Position numbers and translations under genes: made by a program. A stretch of DNA of 64,000 bases, taken from the UHGV virus genome UHGV-0179803; one strand, written 5' to 3'. Under the pieces are notes generated by a model. The model was not told where the DNA came from. It saw only the letters and a list, made by a program, of their open reading frames with translations, and ran no database searches. The first letter of the stretch is position 1. Every line of letters starts with the position of its first letter. Shown piece after piece: positions 16,980-27,182 of the stretch. The DNA is from a virus.

Positions 16980-17565
16980 TGCCATCTCCCAACAATTGAA
17001 GCAGAAGGTTGATACCTTCGTTTGGGTCATCATCCTCACCGTAGTGTTTGGCAGACATTGCATAGCCTTCACCATCCACATACTGTTTGATGTATTTGAA
17101 CAGGCTCGAACGCAGCATATCCATCCCCATCGGATCTCGCAGTAAGCGATCCAACAGTTTTGGTGCACGTTTTTCCATCACACAAGGGCCACCGTTATTG
17201 CCACAACCATTACGGTTAGTCAGGAGGTCAACTCCGAACTGTAGCAGCTCTTTCTTGTGCTTCTCGCGTTTTCTCCAGATCTTGACGTGCATTTCGCCAT
17301 CAACATCGTGGACCATGTTGCGAAGATCACTTATGCTGGGGTGCTCATTGTTCTTCAAAGCCCTTATCATTACTTTACACTTAGTAGTGTAAGTTTCTTC
17401 CCTGTAGTACCGTGGTACTGGGAAGATATACTTCTCGAATATCATCTTGAAGGCGTTGAAGCGAGAACTGGCAAAATAATTATCCCAGTAGTCCTTCCAC
17501 TCAAATTCAAGAAAAGTATCCAGATCCCTCTGGAGATTGTTAGTAAAAAATTCTACATTGCTCAT
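16972..17565 (-). CDS. hypothetical protein
   Basis: 197-aa ORF in the leftward operon; no motif recognised. Confidence 0.5.
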   Translation of the reverse strand: MSNVEFFTNNLQRDLDTFLEFEWKDYWDNYFASSRFNAFKMIFEKYIFPVPRYYREETYTTKCKVMIRALKNNEHPSISDLRNMVHDVDGEMHVKIWRKREKHKKELLQFGVDLLTNRNGCGNNGGPCVMEKRAPKLLDRLLRDPMGMDMLRSSLFKYIKQYVDGEGYAMSAKHYGEDDDPNEGINLLLQLLGDGNE

Positions 17566-17804
17566 AGCTCTACCACCGTACCTTCCAGGTCTTCTTCAAT
17601 CAGGTCATCCAGCTTAACCACCTTGATAAGGCCACGACGGATGTACAGATCCATCATCTCACGATAGTTTTTGAATGGATCGTCACTGTTACTGACTACA
17701 ACAACTTTATGGTCTTGACGAGCTTCTTGCCATACCAGACGGCAACGCATCAGGTGCCCCAGTACATCTTTATCCATTTCTGGCTTACGTGCAAACATTA
17801 TCAA
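17562..17804 (-). CDS. hypothetical protein
   Basis: 80 aa; start/stop overlap with neighbours. Confidence 0.45.
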   Translation of the reverse strand: MIMFARKPEMDKDVLGHLMRCRLVWQEARQDHKVVVVSNSDDPFKNYREMMDLYIRRGLIKVVKLDDLIEEDLEGTVVEL

Positions 17805-18235
17805 TCCCCCGTAAAATATTCTTTAAGTTTTTCTGTTAAAAAGTTTTGTAATTCCTGCTCGTCGAGCTTCTCGTCAAAGTCAGCAGCAGCTGCCTCAACA
17901 CACATATGATAGATCGCAATTTCAAGGTCGTCAAGCCCCAACATCAATTCGACCATCATATTTTCATCATCTGTTGGGTGAGCCGGATCAGAGATCATAT
18001 CCATTGGTACGATGACTTTCCAGTCTTCTTTAGTCCCCACAGGACCTTGAATTTTACGGCTAATCTCTATCAGATGCTTGGTGTAAAAGGCTTCGTACTG
18101 AACAATCTCGTAGTTATTACGGTAGTAAACGTAGTCGAGGTAAGTACCCAGCCGAAGCTGGCATACTTCAACCCCAAACCACTCCTTCTTCCACTGTTTT
18201 TCGCCTGAAGATTGGCATTGGCGTTTAGTCAGCAT
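17801..18235 (-). CDS. hypothetical protein
   Basis: 144 aa; AGGAGA upstream of ATG. Confidence 0.5.
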   Translation of the reverse strand: MLTKRQCQSSGEKQWKKEWFGVEVCQLRLGTYLDYVYYRNNYEIVQYEAFYTKHLIEISRKIQGPVGTKEDWKVIVPMDMISDPAHPTDDENMMVELMLGLDDLEIAIYHMCVEAAAADFDEKLDEQELQNFLTEKLKEYFTGD

Positions 18236-18250
18236 GGCTGGGTTCTCCTG

Positions 18251-18502
18251 TTATTGACGAGCGTATCCGCAGAGGACGATGGTTGCATTAATTTCTGTTG
18301 CAGATAAGTCCCCATCCATAATTTGTAAAGAGAAATCTTCCAGGTCTACAGTGTAGATGCCTCCGTCATAAGAGTTATCCTCCATGATTAGCACGTTGCG
18401 TACTTCAGCAGCCACTATGATTTCTACAATCGTACCTGGTTTAAAATTTTTGAGAGGTTTGACTACAGGTTCAAGCTCTCTTAAAGATACAGATGTTGCC
18501 AT
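18251..18502 (-). CDS. hypothetical protein
   Basis: 83 aa from ATG (MATSVSL) preceded by AGGAGA. Confidence 0.45.
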   Translation of the reverse strand: MATSVSLRELEPVVKPLKNFKPGTIVEIIVAAEVRNVLIMEDNSYDGGIYTVDLEDFSLQIMDGDLSATEINATIVLCGYARQ

Positions 18503-18512
18503 AATGTGTCTC

Positions 18513-19964
18513 CTATTTAACGTTTTCAATCAAATCTATAGTTCTGCCAAAAGATGGCGTATAGTCTTTGTTACCACCTTCTGTCCTAATCCAGAGCGTA
18601 TTATACTTATCCCAACCGTTGCTGTCAACCTCTTTTTCAAAACCTGATTCAAGAAACAGGTCAGTAAAGATAATAACATCCTGAACATCAGACAGATGTT
18701 TATCCAGATATTCAAACACACAACCTGCACGAGTACCGAACGTAGACTTGATCTGGTAGTCTGGCATCTGTGCAATATTCTGGTGAGTGTATACCTGAAC
18801 ATCACCAACTTCTGTTGACCAACAGAACATCGTAACTTTAAACTCTTTATACAGGCTGCACAACCCGCTGATTTCTGAAGTGATACGTTTCAGAGTCCGT
18901 GGAGAGATAGAGCCTGATACGTCGAATGCCACCACTATATCAATCGTTTTCTCCTGGTTGCGACCTGGGAGAATAACAGACTGGCGATTGTTGATAGCCC
19001 CTCTGCTACGCAATGTGTGAGTTAAAGCACCAGAGCGACGGGCCGGACGACGATAAGTCATATCAGCTTTCCGGTGTGACAACATACGTTGACGAATCAC
19101 ATCCAGATAGTTGATGATAGGCTTATTGCGATTCTTGATCCACTCACGCACCTGTGCCGGACCTTCACCACCTGCCGCTTTCATAGCAGCTTCCATCATG
19201 TCACCAGAGTCCTGCATTGCTGCATCTTTCTCTGCCTGAGTCATTGCTGGTTGGTTGCCTTTTTCGTAGCCCATAGCTTCACTGAGGTTGTCAGACTGGC
19301 CTTGTCCGTCCCCCATGTGAGTATCTGTGGCTCGTAGACCACCGCCACTAGCTTTACCTGGTTGTTGCTGTTGCTGTTGTTGTCTTTCCAGGTCTGCATA
19401 AACTTTTTCAGTTATCCACCCGTGGTATTTCTTATCACAATAACAATATTCAAGAAATGCAAACGGCTGGCCTTTTTTCAGCTGTGTGCGAATCCCGTGT
19501 GGGAACATTGCACATGGCGGTTCGGCTAAATCTACCATCAGACCAGTATTAATAACGTGGTCAGCGGCCTGATTAAACAGGTTGTGATCAGAGAAGGCTT
19601 TACCACGGCTGAGGTGATCAGCAATGATGTGACCTATCTCATGGCACAGGAGAAAAGCAACCTCTTTAAGCGTTTTAGGTGCATAGAAAGCGTCCAGCTG
19701 TTCTTTCATCTTATCATCGCACTTAGGCAGAATGATAGCACGGCGTTCCTGGCAAACACCTATGATGAACTCTGGATTGTAGTAAATCCGCTTATGGTCT
19801 GTGGCGATAGTGTCACACCATGTGTGGTTCTCAACAAATTGTAAGCCTGACAGGAGCACACCGTAGAAGCTCAATCTTTCCATGAGCCACATGCGAGCAC
19901 CCTGAAGCATACGTAGAGCTTCTGGTTTCTGTGCTAAAATCAGTTCTGAACTTCTTGCGTCCAC
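18513..19964 (-). CDS. VWA-domain protein with N-terminal HExxH metallopeptidase-like motif
   Basis: 483 aa; GTG start 6 nt after GGAGGA; HEIGHIIADH motif; VWA MIDAS-type motif VVAFDVSGSIS; poly-Gln linker. Confidence 0.65.
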   Translation of the reverse strand: MDARSSELILAQKPEALRMLQGARMWLMERLSFYGVLLSGLQFVENHTWCDTIATDHKRIYYNPEFIIGVCQERRAIILPKCDDKMKEQLDAFYAPKTLKEVAFLLCHEIGHIIADHLSRGKAFSDHNLFNQAADHVINTGLMVDLAEPPCAMFPHGIRTQLKKGQPFAFLEYCYCDKKYHGWITEKVYADLERQQQQQQQPGKASGGGLRATDTHMGDGQGQSDNLSEAMGYEKGNQPAMTQAEKDAAMQDSGDMMEAAMKAAGGEGPAQVREWIKNRNKPIINYLDVIRQRMLSHRKADMTYRRPARRSGALTHTLRSRGAINNRQSVILPGRNQEKTIDIVVAFDVSGSISPRTLKRITSEISGLCSLYKEFKVTMFCWSTEVGDVQVYTHQNIAQMPDYQIKSTFGTRAGCVFEYLDKHLSDVQDVIIFTDLFLESGFEKEVDSNGWDKYNTLWIRTEGGNKDYTPSFGRTIDLIENVK

Positions 19965-20015
19965 TACGATCCTCCAAAGGGGGCAAAAGCCCCCTCGTTG
20001 TTATTTTCTGCTATC

Positions 20016-21050
20016 TTACACCTTTTTAAAGATGTTTGCAAGCTCTGCCATCGTCATGTTAGTCGTTTTCATGAGGTCAGTCATCGCCTTTTCCATCACA
20101 GGTGTAACTACCATGAAGTTGCCTTTGACAAAACCTTTATCGCGATCAGCCACCAGGATAGATTTAAGGCCGTCACCCAGACGTTCACCAGTCAGTGCAC
20201 AACATTTTTTCTGGTACACTTGTTTGAACTGTCCGAATGTCAGATCTACTTTCATGCCTATATCATAGAAGACCTGACAGTAGAAAGCGTAAGCCTGAGC
20301 AATAGCCACATCTGGTGGTAATGCCTGAGGTAGCGGTTTAGGCTCTTCAGGAGCGTCTGTACGGTCCTCAACAACTTCGGCTTGTACTTCTTCAACTTCA
20401 GCCGTTTCTTCAACCACAGGCTCACTCATGATGTTCCTGACATGTTTTTCAGCACGTTTGTCCATGAACTCACGTAATTCCTGTGCAGGTGTCATAGGTT
20501 CTTCCTCCTTAGCTTCAATTTGTTGCAAAAGTGCTTCACCACCCAACAGGCCAAGTTCAGCTTTGTCATCTTCAGAGCCATATTGGCGCATGAAGTTTTC
20601 GAAAGAGTATTCTTCTTTCAAGGCCTCCATACTTTCTTCTGACAGGTGTAGCATCATCTGCTGAACAATTTTACGGTCAGTACGGTCTTTAATAAGGACC
20701 GCATTCTTCTTATCAACCAGCGAATCCTTGAGTTCATTACACCGTGTTCCGACCACACAGCAGTTATGCAGAGCATACGCCCCGTCATCGTCGATACGCT
20801 CTAACGATGGGTAGAACGGGTTGCCTAAACCGTTCTCGTCAGTGTGCATATCAAAAGGAAGAAGAGTGTAGTCACATACACCGTCCCCAAGTAATTTCTT
20901 ACCGAAGAACAGCCACTCTTCCCACGTCAACGTAAACATGATGCCCCTTTTCTTAGCATTACCTTGTTTACGTTTATACTTTTTATTCAGCTTCTCCAAC
21001 TCCCACGGTTGATAGCAGCCCTCCAGATATTGAATGTGTGTCTTAGCCAT
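20016..21050 (-). CDS. hypothetical protein with acidic low-complexity linker
   Basis: 344 aa; first gene of the leftward operon; Cys/His cluster (ALHNCCVVGTRCNELK) that might be HNH-like, not established. Confidence 0.5.
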   Translation of the reverse strand: MAKTHIQYLEGCYQPWELEKLNKKYKRKQGNAKKRGIMFTLTWEEWLFFGKKLLGDGVCDYTLLPFDMHTDENGLGNPFYPSLERIDDDGAYALHNCCVVGTRCNELKDSLVDKKNAVLIKDRTDRKIVQQMMLHLSEESMEALKEEYSFENFMRQYGSEDDKAELGLLGGEALLQQIEAKEEEPMTPAQELREFMDKRAEKHVRNIMSEPVVEETAEVEEVQAEVVEDRTDAPEEPKPLPQALPPDVAIAQAYAFYCQVFYDIGMKVDLTFGQFKQVYQKKCCALTGERLGDGLKSILVADRDKGFVKGNFMVVTPVMEKAMTDLMKTTNMTMAELANIFKKV

Positions 21051-21084
21051 AGCAAATGTCCTTGCTTGTGTTTATGTAAGGCGA

Positions 21085-21113
21085 ACATTAGCATGAAAAT
21101 TAATTCTTGTCAA
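21085..21113 (-). promoter_or_regulatory. candidate sigma70 promoter of the leftward operon
   Basis: Minus strand reads TTGACA-17 nt-TAATGT upstream of the gene starting at 21050. Confidence 0.45.
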
Positions 21114-21126
21114 CTGAAAAATGTTG

Positions 21127-21155
21127 TTGACTTTTGGTTCATCTTGATCTATTCT
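21127..21155 (+). promoter_or_regulatory. candidate sigma70 promoter of the rightward operon
   Basis: TTGACT-17 nt-TATTCT, back to back with the leftward promoter. Confidence 0.5.
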
Positions 21156-21187
21156 TCGCCAATAACAGAACGAGAGAGGAACCTTTC

Positions 21188-22084
21188 ATGTTTGAGCATC
21201 ATATTACACCATTTGACCCTATGAGTCAAGCCCCAACAGATGTAGGAACAATACTTTCTTCTTTGTATGAGAGTATCCTGTACCGTCGCAGACTATTTAC
21301 AGCTTGCCATCCATTCTACAACTTCATAGCAAACGCGATCAATACCACACTCAACAGTGCAGGCTTTGACGATTTCCACTGGGTCTTCACTAAAGAAGAC
21401 AAACCGGACAAGGTTTTTGTAGGCAGCTTCAGCATGGAGATCAATAAGGCTGTGTCATGGCAGCGTGCAGGTTGTGTCATGTTCCGTTTCCAACAAGGTT
21501 TTGCCTCTATAGCGGAGCATCCTTCTTTTATGAACGGCATTGAAGGTGGAGAGAAAGGTTTCTTCAAAATGCTTGCAAAAGTATTTGACATGCAGCCTTT
21601 TATGATATATGTTTATTATAGCCTGAATGGCAGGAGCGTATGCTACTCTTCAGATATCTCTATTGATCTGCTTGACTTGCCATACGTTTTCTGCTACGAT
21701 GGAAAAATAACTAGCAGGATGACTGGTAATCAGAATGTAGCAGACTTCGCCCCGTTGCAGATTAAGTCACGGGAATACACAGCTTTGGGTGGAGAACCTG
21801 TTATGTTGATCAACAAGTATCACACAACAGGGGAATTTCTGATGTTCCAGTACCGGAAGCGGGATAGCCGGATGGAGTATGCCCGTGTCAGCTCAGACAC
21901 TCTGGAGTCATTTCAGGGTGAGGATGGTAGCTATACAGCTGAATCTCTTGAAGTTATGGAAGCGATGGGAATAAAAGATCAATTATGGGTTGACAACCTG
22001 TTGGGTAATGAGTTAGAATTACTACGTCCTATGTTGAAGTGGGACGAAGAAACTAAAGCTAAATACGAAGGAGACTTCCAATGA
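21188..22084 (+). CDS. hypothetical protein
   Basis: 298 aa from ATG (MFEHHITPF) after GAGAGAGGAACC; no motif recognised. Confidence 0.55.
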   Translation: MFEHHITPFDPMSQAPTDVGTILSSLYESILYRRRLFTACHPFYNFIANAINTTLNSAGFDDFHWVFTKEDKPDKVFVGSFSMEINKAVSWQRAGCVMFRFQQGFASIAEHPSFMNGIEGGEKGFFKMLAKVFDMQPFMIYVYYSLNGRSVCYSSDISIDLLDLPYVFCYDGKITSRMTGNQNVADFAPLQIKSREYTALGGEPVMLINKYHTTGEFLMFQYRKRDSRMEYARVSSDTLESFQGEDGSYTAESLEVMEAMGIKDQLWVDNLLGNELELLRPMLKWDEETKAKYEGDFQ

Positions 22085-22359
22085 AAAAACACCAGATTTT
22101 TCACGTAGGTGAAGACGCACAGGCAGATGCTGTATGGTTCGCAATGCACCACACAACGGATGACGAACTGGCTATGGGCCATGCATTCGTTAACCCTGGT
22201 GATAAACTGCCGTATCCTGGTGATTATGTTGTGGCAGCAATGGACGGTTACACTTTGTGTTTGCGGGTAACTAAAATCTTCCTGGATCCGCGCCACAATC
22301 ATCGTCTGGTTCTGGCATTTGAAGAAGCTCCTGCATATGCTCTGGGGGATGGAGAATGA
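22081..22359 (+). CDS. hypothetical protein
   Basis: 92 aa; ATGA stop/start overlap with upstream gene. Confidence 0.5.
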   Translation: MKKHQIFHVGEDAQADAVWFAMHHTTDDELAMGHAFVNPGDKLPYPGDYVVAAMDGYTLCLRVTKIFLDPRHNHRLVLAFEEAPAYALGDGE

Positions 22360-22634
22360 AAGTAGTTGTATTACGCAATCTTGAACCTGTGATGCTGGAT
22401 CAAATTACACTTCTGAATAAAGGTGAGTGTTTAGCTGTCTGTATCCCTGAACAAGACATAGCCTACCTGATGGGATGCTTACCGGAGAATGTGGATAAAA
22501 AAATAGCTCATTTAAAGGAAAAAGGTATAGAAGATTTATTGAAGCACGGGTATGGTGATTCTATCTTTGCAGCCGAAGAGTTCATCAATCCGTCTGAATG
22601 TGTAGCAGAATTTGAAGTGGAGATCGAAGAATGA
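22356..22634 (+). CDS. hypothetical protein
   Basis: 92 aa; ATGA overlap. Confidence 0.5.
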   Translation: MKVVVLRNLEPVMLDQITLLNKGECLAVCIPEQDIAYLMGCLPENVDKKIAHLKEKGIEDLLKHGYGDSIFAAEEFINPSECVAEFEVEIEE

Positions 22635-22897
22635 AAAAAGTTGTAAACGTTTATCTGAATGCAGAAGAAGTTAAAGTTGATGGTAGCCTTTTTGAAGTTG
22701 GCGATCTGATGATTATCCACTTCGTAAAAGAGGATAAAGGATACATCTCATTGAACCTGCTGGAGTATGTTCCTGAAGAGATGATGCCTACAGTGTGTCA
22801 GGCTTTGTATGCAGGTGGTGATTCTAAACCTCTGGCAGAGCTGAATATTGGCCCTAAAAATCTGGTCATCTCTACAACAGTAGACGTGGGAGAATGA
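22631..22897 (+). CDS. hypothetical protein
   Basis: 88 aa; ATGA overlap. Confidence 0.5.
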   Translation: MKKVVNVYLNAEEVKVDGSLFEVGDLMIIHFVKEDKGYISLNLLEYVPEEMMPTVCQALYAGGDSKPLAELNIGPKNLVISTTVDVGE

Positions 22898-23268
22898 CTA
22901 TGGCACAGTGGAACAAGACGCTGGATTTATCTGACTGGTGGGCAGGACTACCACTTGGGGATGGTACAATCCAGGTATGGACTGGCAATAATGTCCACAA
23001 GTTCGCCAAACGGATAGCCCGAAAAATAGCTGAACTCTACCCACGGCAATTAAACAAAGATTGCCCAGAGTATGATTGGGTTCTTGATGATGTGGTTGAT
23101 CACTTCCTGGCAATTCTCCCACCAGAGGAGTTCAACAAACAGGTTCACGCCTACATCAACGAAGAAACTGATTTTCTGGTCACACCTATAGAAGATTTCA
23201 ATTATGCTATGTCTGAGCTTTACGACTGGGCAGACAGGCACAATCTATGGGTGAAAACAACTTTCTAA
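22894..23268 (+). CDS. hypothetical protein
   Basis: 124 aa; ATGA overlap. Confidence 0.5.
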   Translation: MTMAQWNKTLDLSDWWAGLPLGDGTIQVWTGNNVHKFAKRIARKIAELYPRQLNKDCPEYDWVLDDVVDHFLAILPPEEFNKQVHAYINEETDFLVTPIEDFNYAMSELYDWADRHNLWVKTTF

Positions 23269-23283
23269 CACGGAGGTTGATCT

Positions 23284-23535
23284 ATGTCAAACAAATACAG
23301 AGAATTAGACTTTGACAGGGACTACGAAAAGTATTATCATAGCGGCATGAGGGGTGGATCACGCAGGTGCACCCCTGCATACTTCTACGCTAATCGGGCA
23401 ATTGACCCACAAGAAGTTGTAGCTTGCAGAATGGCTTATAATTTCGACATAGCGTATGGCATCCCTGTCTTCGATGTAATGACAGAACTTGAAAACTTTG
23501 AACATACTTACGAAGTAAGAGAGGAGCTTTACTAA
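23284..23535 (+). CDS. hypothetical protein
   Basis: 83 aa; GGAGG upstream. Confidence 0.5.
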   Translation: MSNKYRELDFDRDYEKYYHSGMRGGSRRCTPAYFYANRAIDPQEVVACRMAYNFDIAYGIPVFDVMTELENFEHTYEVREELY

Positions 23536-24728
23536 TGTCAAGAAATATTTTCGAGAGTGGGCAGATTACGGTTCGTGAATTGCCCACTATGATCAAGTTT
23601 GCCAAGCGTCACGGCAAATCTTTATTTATACTGGGTTCTCCGGGCGTTGGTAAGAGCCAGGTCATCAAGCAAACTGCCGATAAACTGTTTGGAGAACGGG
23701 AAGATAACCTGATTGATATCCGTCTGTCGGATAAAGACCCAACAGACCTGTCTGGCCTGCCTGTTCCGGTGACAGAGGAAGATGGCACTACTCGCACTGT
23801 GTTTGCCACACCTAGCTTCTGGCCTACTGACCCAGACTGGGAAGGTATTATCCTGCTGGATGAAATGAACCATGCAGATAATTTTCTCCAGAAAGTAGCC
23901 ATGCAGATCATGTTGGACCACAAATGTGGTTGCTACAAATTCCCGAAAGGTGCGGTGTTTGTAGGTGCAGGTAACCGTTCTGGTGATGGTGCAGTGCTGT
24001 CTGTGTTGGAAGCACCTCTGGCAAACCGTTTAACGATTGTAGAAGTTATCCCAGATGCCAACGTCTTCCTGGAAGACTATGCATTCTCACGAGGTGTACA
24101 TTCTTCTGTGATCGGTTATCTGAAACGCCAGCCGTCATCGATTGAGAACTATGAAGCAATGGCAGACTGCAACTGTCCTGCATTCGCCACACCTCGTTCA
24201 TGGGTGACTGCTTCGGATATTATGTGGGACCTTGATCGCCATCTGGTTTCAGAAGCTGAAGCCCGTGTCTTGTTACAAGGGACGATTGGTCACACGATGA
24301 TGTTGGAGATTATGACTTACCACATGAAGAAACGCAATCTGCCGGAGATTGGGGATATCTTTGCTGGGGCTGTCAAAGAGTTCAAAGGTCAGAAATCTCC
24401 AGACCTCATCTGGATTCTGGGTTCAGAAGGTTGTATTGGTTTACGCAACATGATGGCTAACATTGAAGTTGATGATGACGAAGTGGTTAGCAGTGCTGCA
24501 AACTTCCTGGACTACTTATGGAGTAACTTCCAGAACGACAACAGAGACTTCGTATTCTCTGTGTTCAAAGCAATGATTAGCCCGAATGCACTTGGCAATG
24601 CTATTCTGGTGAACAAAGAGCATGGTCGTGAGAAAATCATGGCTAAACTGATTAAAGCGTACCCTAACCTGATGGCTATCGTCAAACAGTTTGGGGAAGA
24701 GTTCCGTGACTTGTTAGCTAAGGCTTAA
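23535..24728 (+). CDS. AAA+ ATPase, MoxR/CbbQ/CobS-like
   Basis: 397 aa; Walker A GSPGVGKSQ; Walker B IILLDEMNHAD; sensor region VFVGAGNRSGDG. Confidence 0.75.
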   Translation: MSRNIFESGQITVRELPTMIKFAKRHGKSLFILGSPGVGKSQVIKQTADKLFGEREDNLIDIRLSDKDPTDLSGLPVPVTEEDGTTRTVFATPSFWPTDPDWEGIILLDEMNHADNFLQKVAMQIMLDHKCGCYKFPKGAVFVGAGNRSGDGAVLSVLEAPLANRLTIVEVIPDANVFLEDYAFSRGVHSSVIGYLKRQPSSIENYEAMADCNCPAFATPRSWVTASDIMWDLDRHLVSEAEARVLLQGTIGHTMMLEIMTYHMKKRNLPEIGDIFAGAVKEFKGQKSPDLIWILGSEGCIGLRNMMANIEVDDDEVVSSAANFLDYLWSNFQNDNRDFVFSVFKAMISPNALGNAILVNKEHGREKIMAKLIKAYPNLMAIVKQFGEEFRDLLAKA

Positions 24729-24738
24729 GGAGTGCACA

Positions 24739-25107
24739 ATGGCTGCATTAGGTAAGAAACGCCGTGGTAATTTCCTGGTGGTCTTGACAGACCATCCAGA
24801 GGAAGAGTATCATTGCAGATCAACACGGGTTATCCCAGTCCAGGATCGTGAAGGTGATGAAATCTGGGATGAATTAATGTTGACTTGTTCTGACAGTGAA
24901 TATTTCTTCATCTACGTTAAAGACAAAGCAGGTTTCTTTGAAAATGATGATCTGCTGCGTTATGATATTGCAGATATGGTAAGAGCTTGCCACAAAGACA
25001 GTGCTGAACTCTTCGGTCTGCAACTTAAGGATAAAACTTTCTTCTATCAGGACGAATGCGTGGAGATTTACAGGGAAGTGGAAGATGAATTACTCCACGA
25101 TAACTGA
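24739..25107 (+). CDS. hypothetical protein
   Basis: 122 aa; AAGGAG upstream. Confidence 0.5.
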   Translation: MAALGKKRRGNFLVVLTDHPEEEYHCRSTRVIPVQDREGDEIWDELMLTCSDSEYFFIYVKDKAGFFENDDLLRYDIADMVRACHKDSAELFGLQLKDKTFFYQDECVEIYREVEDELLHDN

Positions 25108-25166
25108 TACTAATCCACAACACTTTGCCCCTCTTACTGAGGGGCTAACTGCTATGGAGCTGACCA

Positions 25167-27182
25167 ATGATTATTAAAAGTGACCATAAAGAAGCAACCA
25201 TTCTCGGTAAGAGTGAAGTTACCACAGGGACAATTGCGCTGAATGCTGAGACGTTTGGCCTGATTATCAAAGGTATTTACAAAGATCCTTTACTTGCTTC
25301 CTGCCGTGAGCCTATCTTTAATGCTGTGGATGCTCATGTTGAAGCGGGTCGTAAAGATGTGCCTATCAAGATCCATACACCAACCGACCTTGAGCCTTAC
25401 TTCTCTGTACAGGACGAAGGCCTCGGCATGTCTGAAGAGACTGTACGCACAATCTTTATGACATTGGGCGACTCCACTAAGCGTCAGAGCAACGAATTGG
25501 TGGGTGCCAAAGGTATTGGTTCGAAAGCACCTCTGAGCAAGGTGGAAGCCTTTAACGTTATAAGCGTCTATAACGGCACAAGAAGCGAATATCTTGTCTT
25601 TATGGACAAAGGTATACCGAAAGTCACTAAAACGCGTAGCGAGCCTTCTACGCAGCATAACGGCATCACAATCAGGTTCCCTGTGAACAAAAAAGATGTG
25701 TCTGCGTATCGCCATGCAATAGCTTCATGCCTGAACTATGCTAAGTTTCCGTTTGAGGTGTCGGATCCGATCACCACACGGATGCTGGAGCAATTTAAAA
25801 GCAACATTGACTACACATACAAAAAAGATGGGTGGACTCTGTACATCTACCACGGCAATACTTGCTCTCTGGAAAGTCGTGTTGTGATGGGGCACCAGCC
25901 TTATCGTTCAGAGTATCTTGAATCTATGATAGATTATCCGCGTCTGGTGGTAGAGATTCCGATTGGTGATTGCGATATCAACCCTGGCCGTGAATGGACG
26001 ATTGAAGGTGATGATGATGGTGGGTTCCTTGAACAACTGAAAGCCTTTGTGGACGAAGGTATCAGTAAACGTGGTGAAGAGATTGAAGTGCTGCTGAATA
26101 AAGCCACTTCTGCTATTGAAGCTCGCCGTATCATTAAAGAGTCTGGTGGCTTCTTCTCGCGTCTGGTAGGCTGGAAGTTTATGACTGCTAAATGGAAAGC
26201 CATAATGCAGGGGCATACTGTCCCAGTTATCAGTGAGTTGCCTGTGTTTGTAGGTGGTACTCGGATTGGCGCTAACTCTCTGAAACGAGATATGTACGGA
26301 CCTTCTGAGTTTTCAGCAGGTCGTAAGCTGGTACTGAATGACGCAAATGGTAAATTCAACCGGATTAAATGTAACTATCTGGCTAATGAGACTAGTCGCA
26401 ACGTCTACTATGTAGAAGACCCATACCTGTCAGAAGAGTTGGCTAAGTATGTGGACGATCCATTCTACAGTGACGTGCTGTTCCTGTTGTCTGAGCTGCC
26501 TAAGCCACCAAAAGACCAACGTCAGGCGAGCAGTACGTATCAGCCGGGTTATTTTGTCAAAAAGCTGGATGAACACGGTTGGTTCTGCCGCGAACGCATA
26601 AGCAAGCAGGATTTTAAAGATATCAAGTATTGCATCCCGTATGATGGGGATATCCAAAGAGGCCGTAGTTGGTTGGGTGAGAACAATAACATCTACCAAC
26701 AGGATCCGGTAGTCTTCCGTGAGGCCTTTGGTATCCCACAGGATGAAGATGTTTACATGGTTGCTGAAAGTCGCTTGACATGGGTGGCAGAAGATTGTAA
26801 GATTATCACAGAGGTTGATGCAAAACCTGTTCTGGAACAGGACGCCTGGAACTGGCTCTTGATGAGAGCTGCAAACACGACAGGTTACACAAAATACAAA
26901 ATGCAACTGGGTAAACTGGGTGTGAAAATGTGCATTGACCCAGAAGTAAAAGAAAACGAGTATAAGGTTCGTATGTGGATGGGATGCTACTCGTGGAAGT
27001 ACAGAGATCTGGCTGACAGAGCAGATCATCTTGTGAACCTTCATGTGAAGTGTGCTCGCCGCTACATGGATGGTGTATACCAACGCTACCCGTTGCTGAA
27101 ACGCATCCATGGGGATCACTGGGATAAACCGGAAGTTATTGAATATATTGAATTAATGAAAGCTAAGAAGGAGACTGAATAA
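25167..27182 (+). CDS. GHKL-type ATPase protein, rIIA-like
   Basis: 671 aa; Bergerat-fold motifs N-box EPIFNAVDAH, G1 VQDEGLGMS, G2 GAKGIGSKA near N-terminus; followed by overlapping partner gene as in rIIA/rIIB pairs. Confidence 0.55.
   Translation: MIIKSDHKEATILGKSEVTTGTIALNAETFGLIIKGIYKDPLLASCREPIFNAVDAHVEAGRKDVPIKIHTPTDLEPYFSVQDEGLGMSEETVRTIFMTLGDSTKRQSNELVGAKGIGSKAPLSKVEAFNVISVYNGTRSEYLVFMDKGIPKVTKTRSEPSTQHNGITIRFPVNKKDVSAYRHAIASCLNYAKFPFEVSDPITTRMLEQFKSNIDYTYKKDGWTLYIYHGNTCSLESRVVMGHQPYRSEYLESMIDYPRLVVEIPIGDCDINPGREWTIEGDDDGGFLEQLKAFVDEGISKRGEEIEVLLNKATSAIEARRIIKESGGFFSRLVGWKFMTAKWKAIMQGHTVPVISELPVFVGGTRIGANSLKRDMYGPSEFSAGRKLVLNDANGKFNRIKCNYLANETSRNVYYVEDPYLSEELAKYVDDPFYSDVLFLLSELPKPPKDQRQASSTYQPGYFVKKLDEHGWFCRERISKQDFKDIKYCIPYDGDIQRGRSWLGENNNIYQQDPVVFREAFGIPQDEDVYMVAESRLTWVAEDCKIITEVDAKPVLEQDAWNWLLMRAANTTGYTKYKMQLGKLGVKMCIDPEVKENEYKVRMWMGCYSWKYRDLADRADHLVNLHVKCARRYMDGVYQRYPLLKRIHGDHWDKPEVIEYIELMKAKKETE

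Noticed and set aside
25167-27182. Type II topoisomerase or gyrase B-like subunit
   Set aside because: The GHKL motifs are present but there is no TOPRIM or breakage-reunion partner nearby, and the overlapping downstream gene fits an rIIB-like partner; still unconfirmed.
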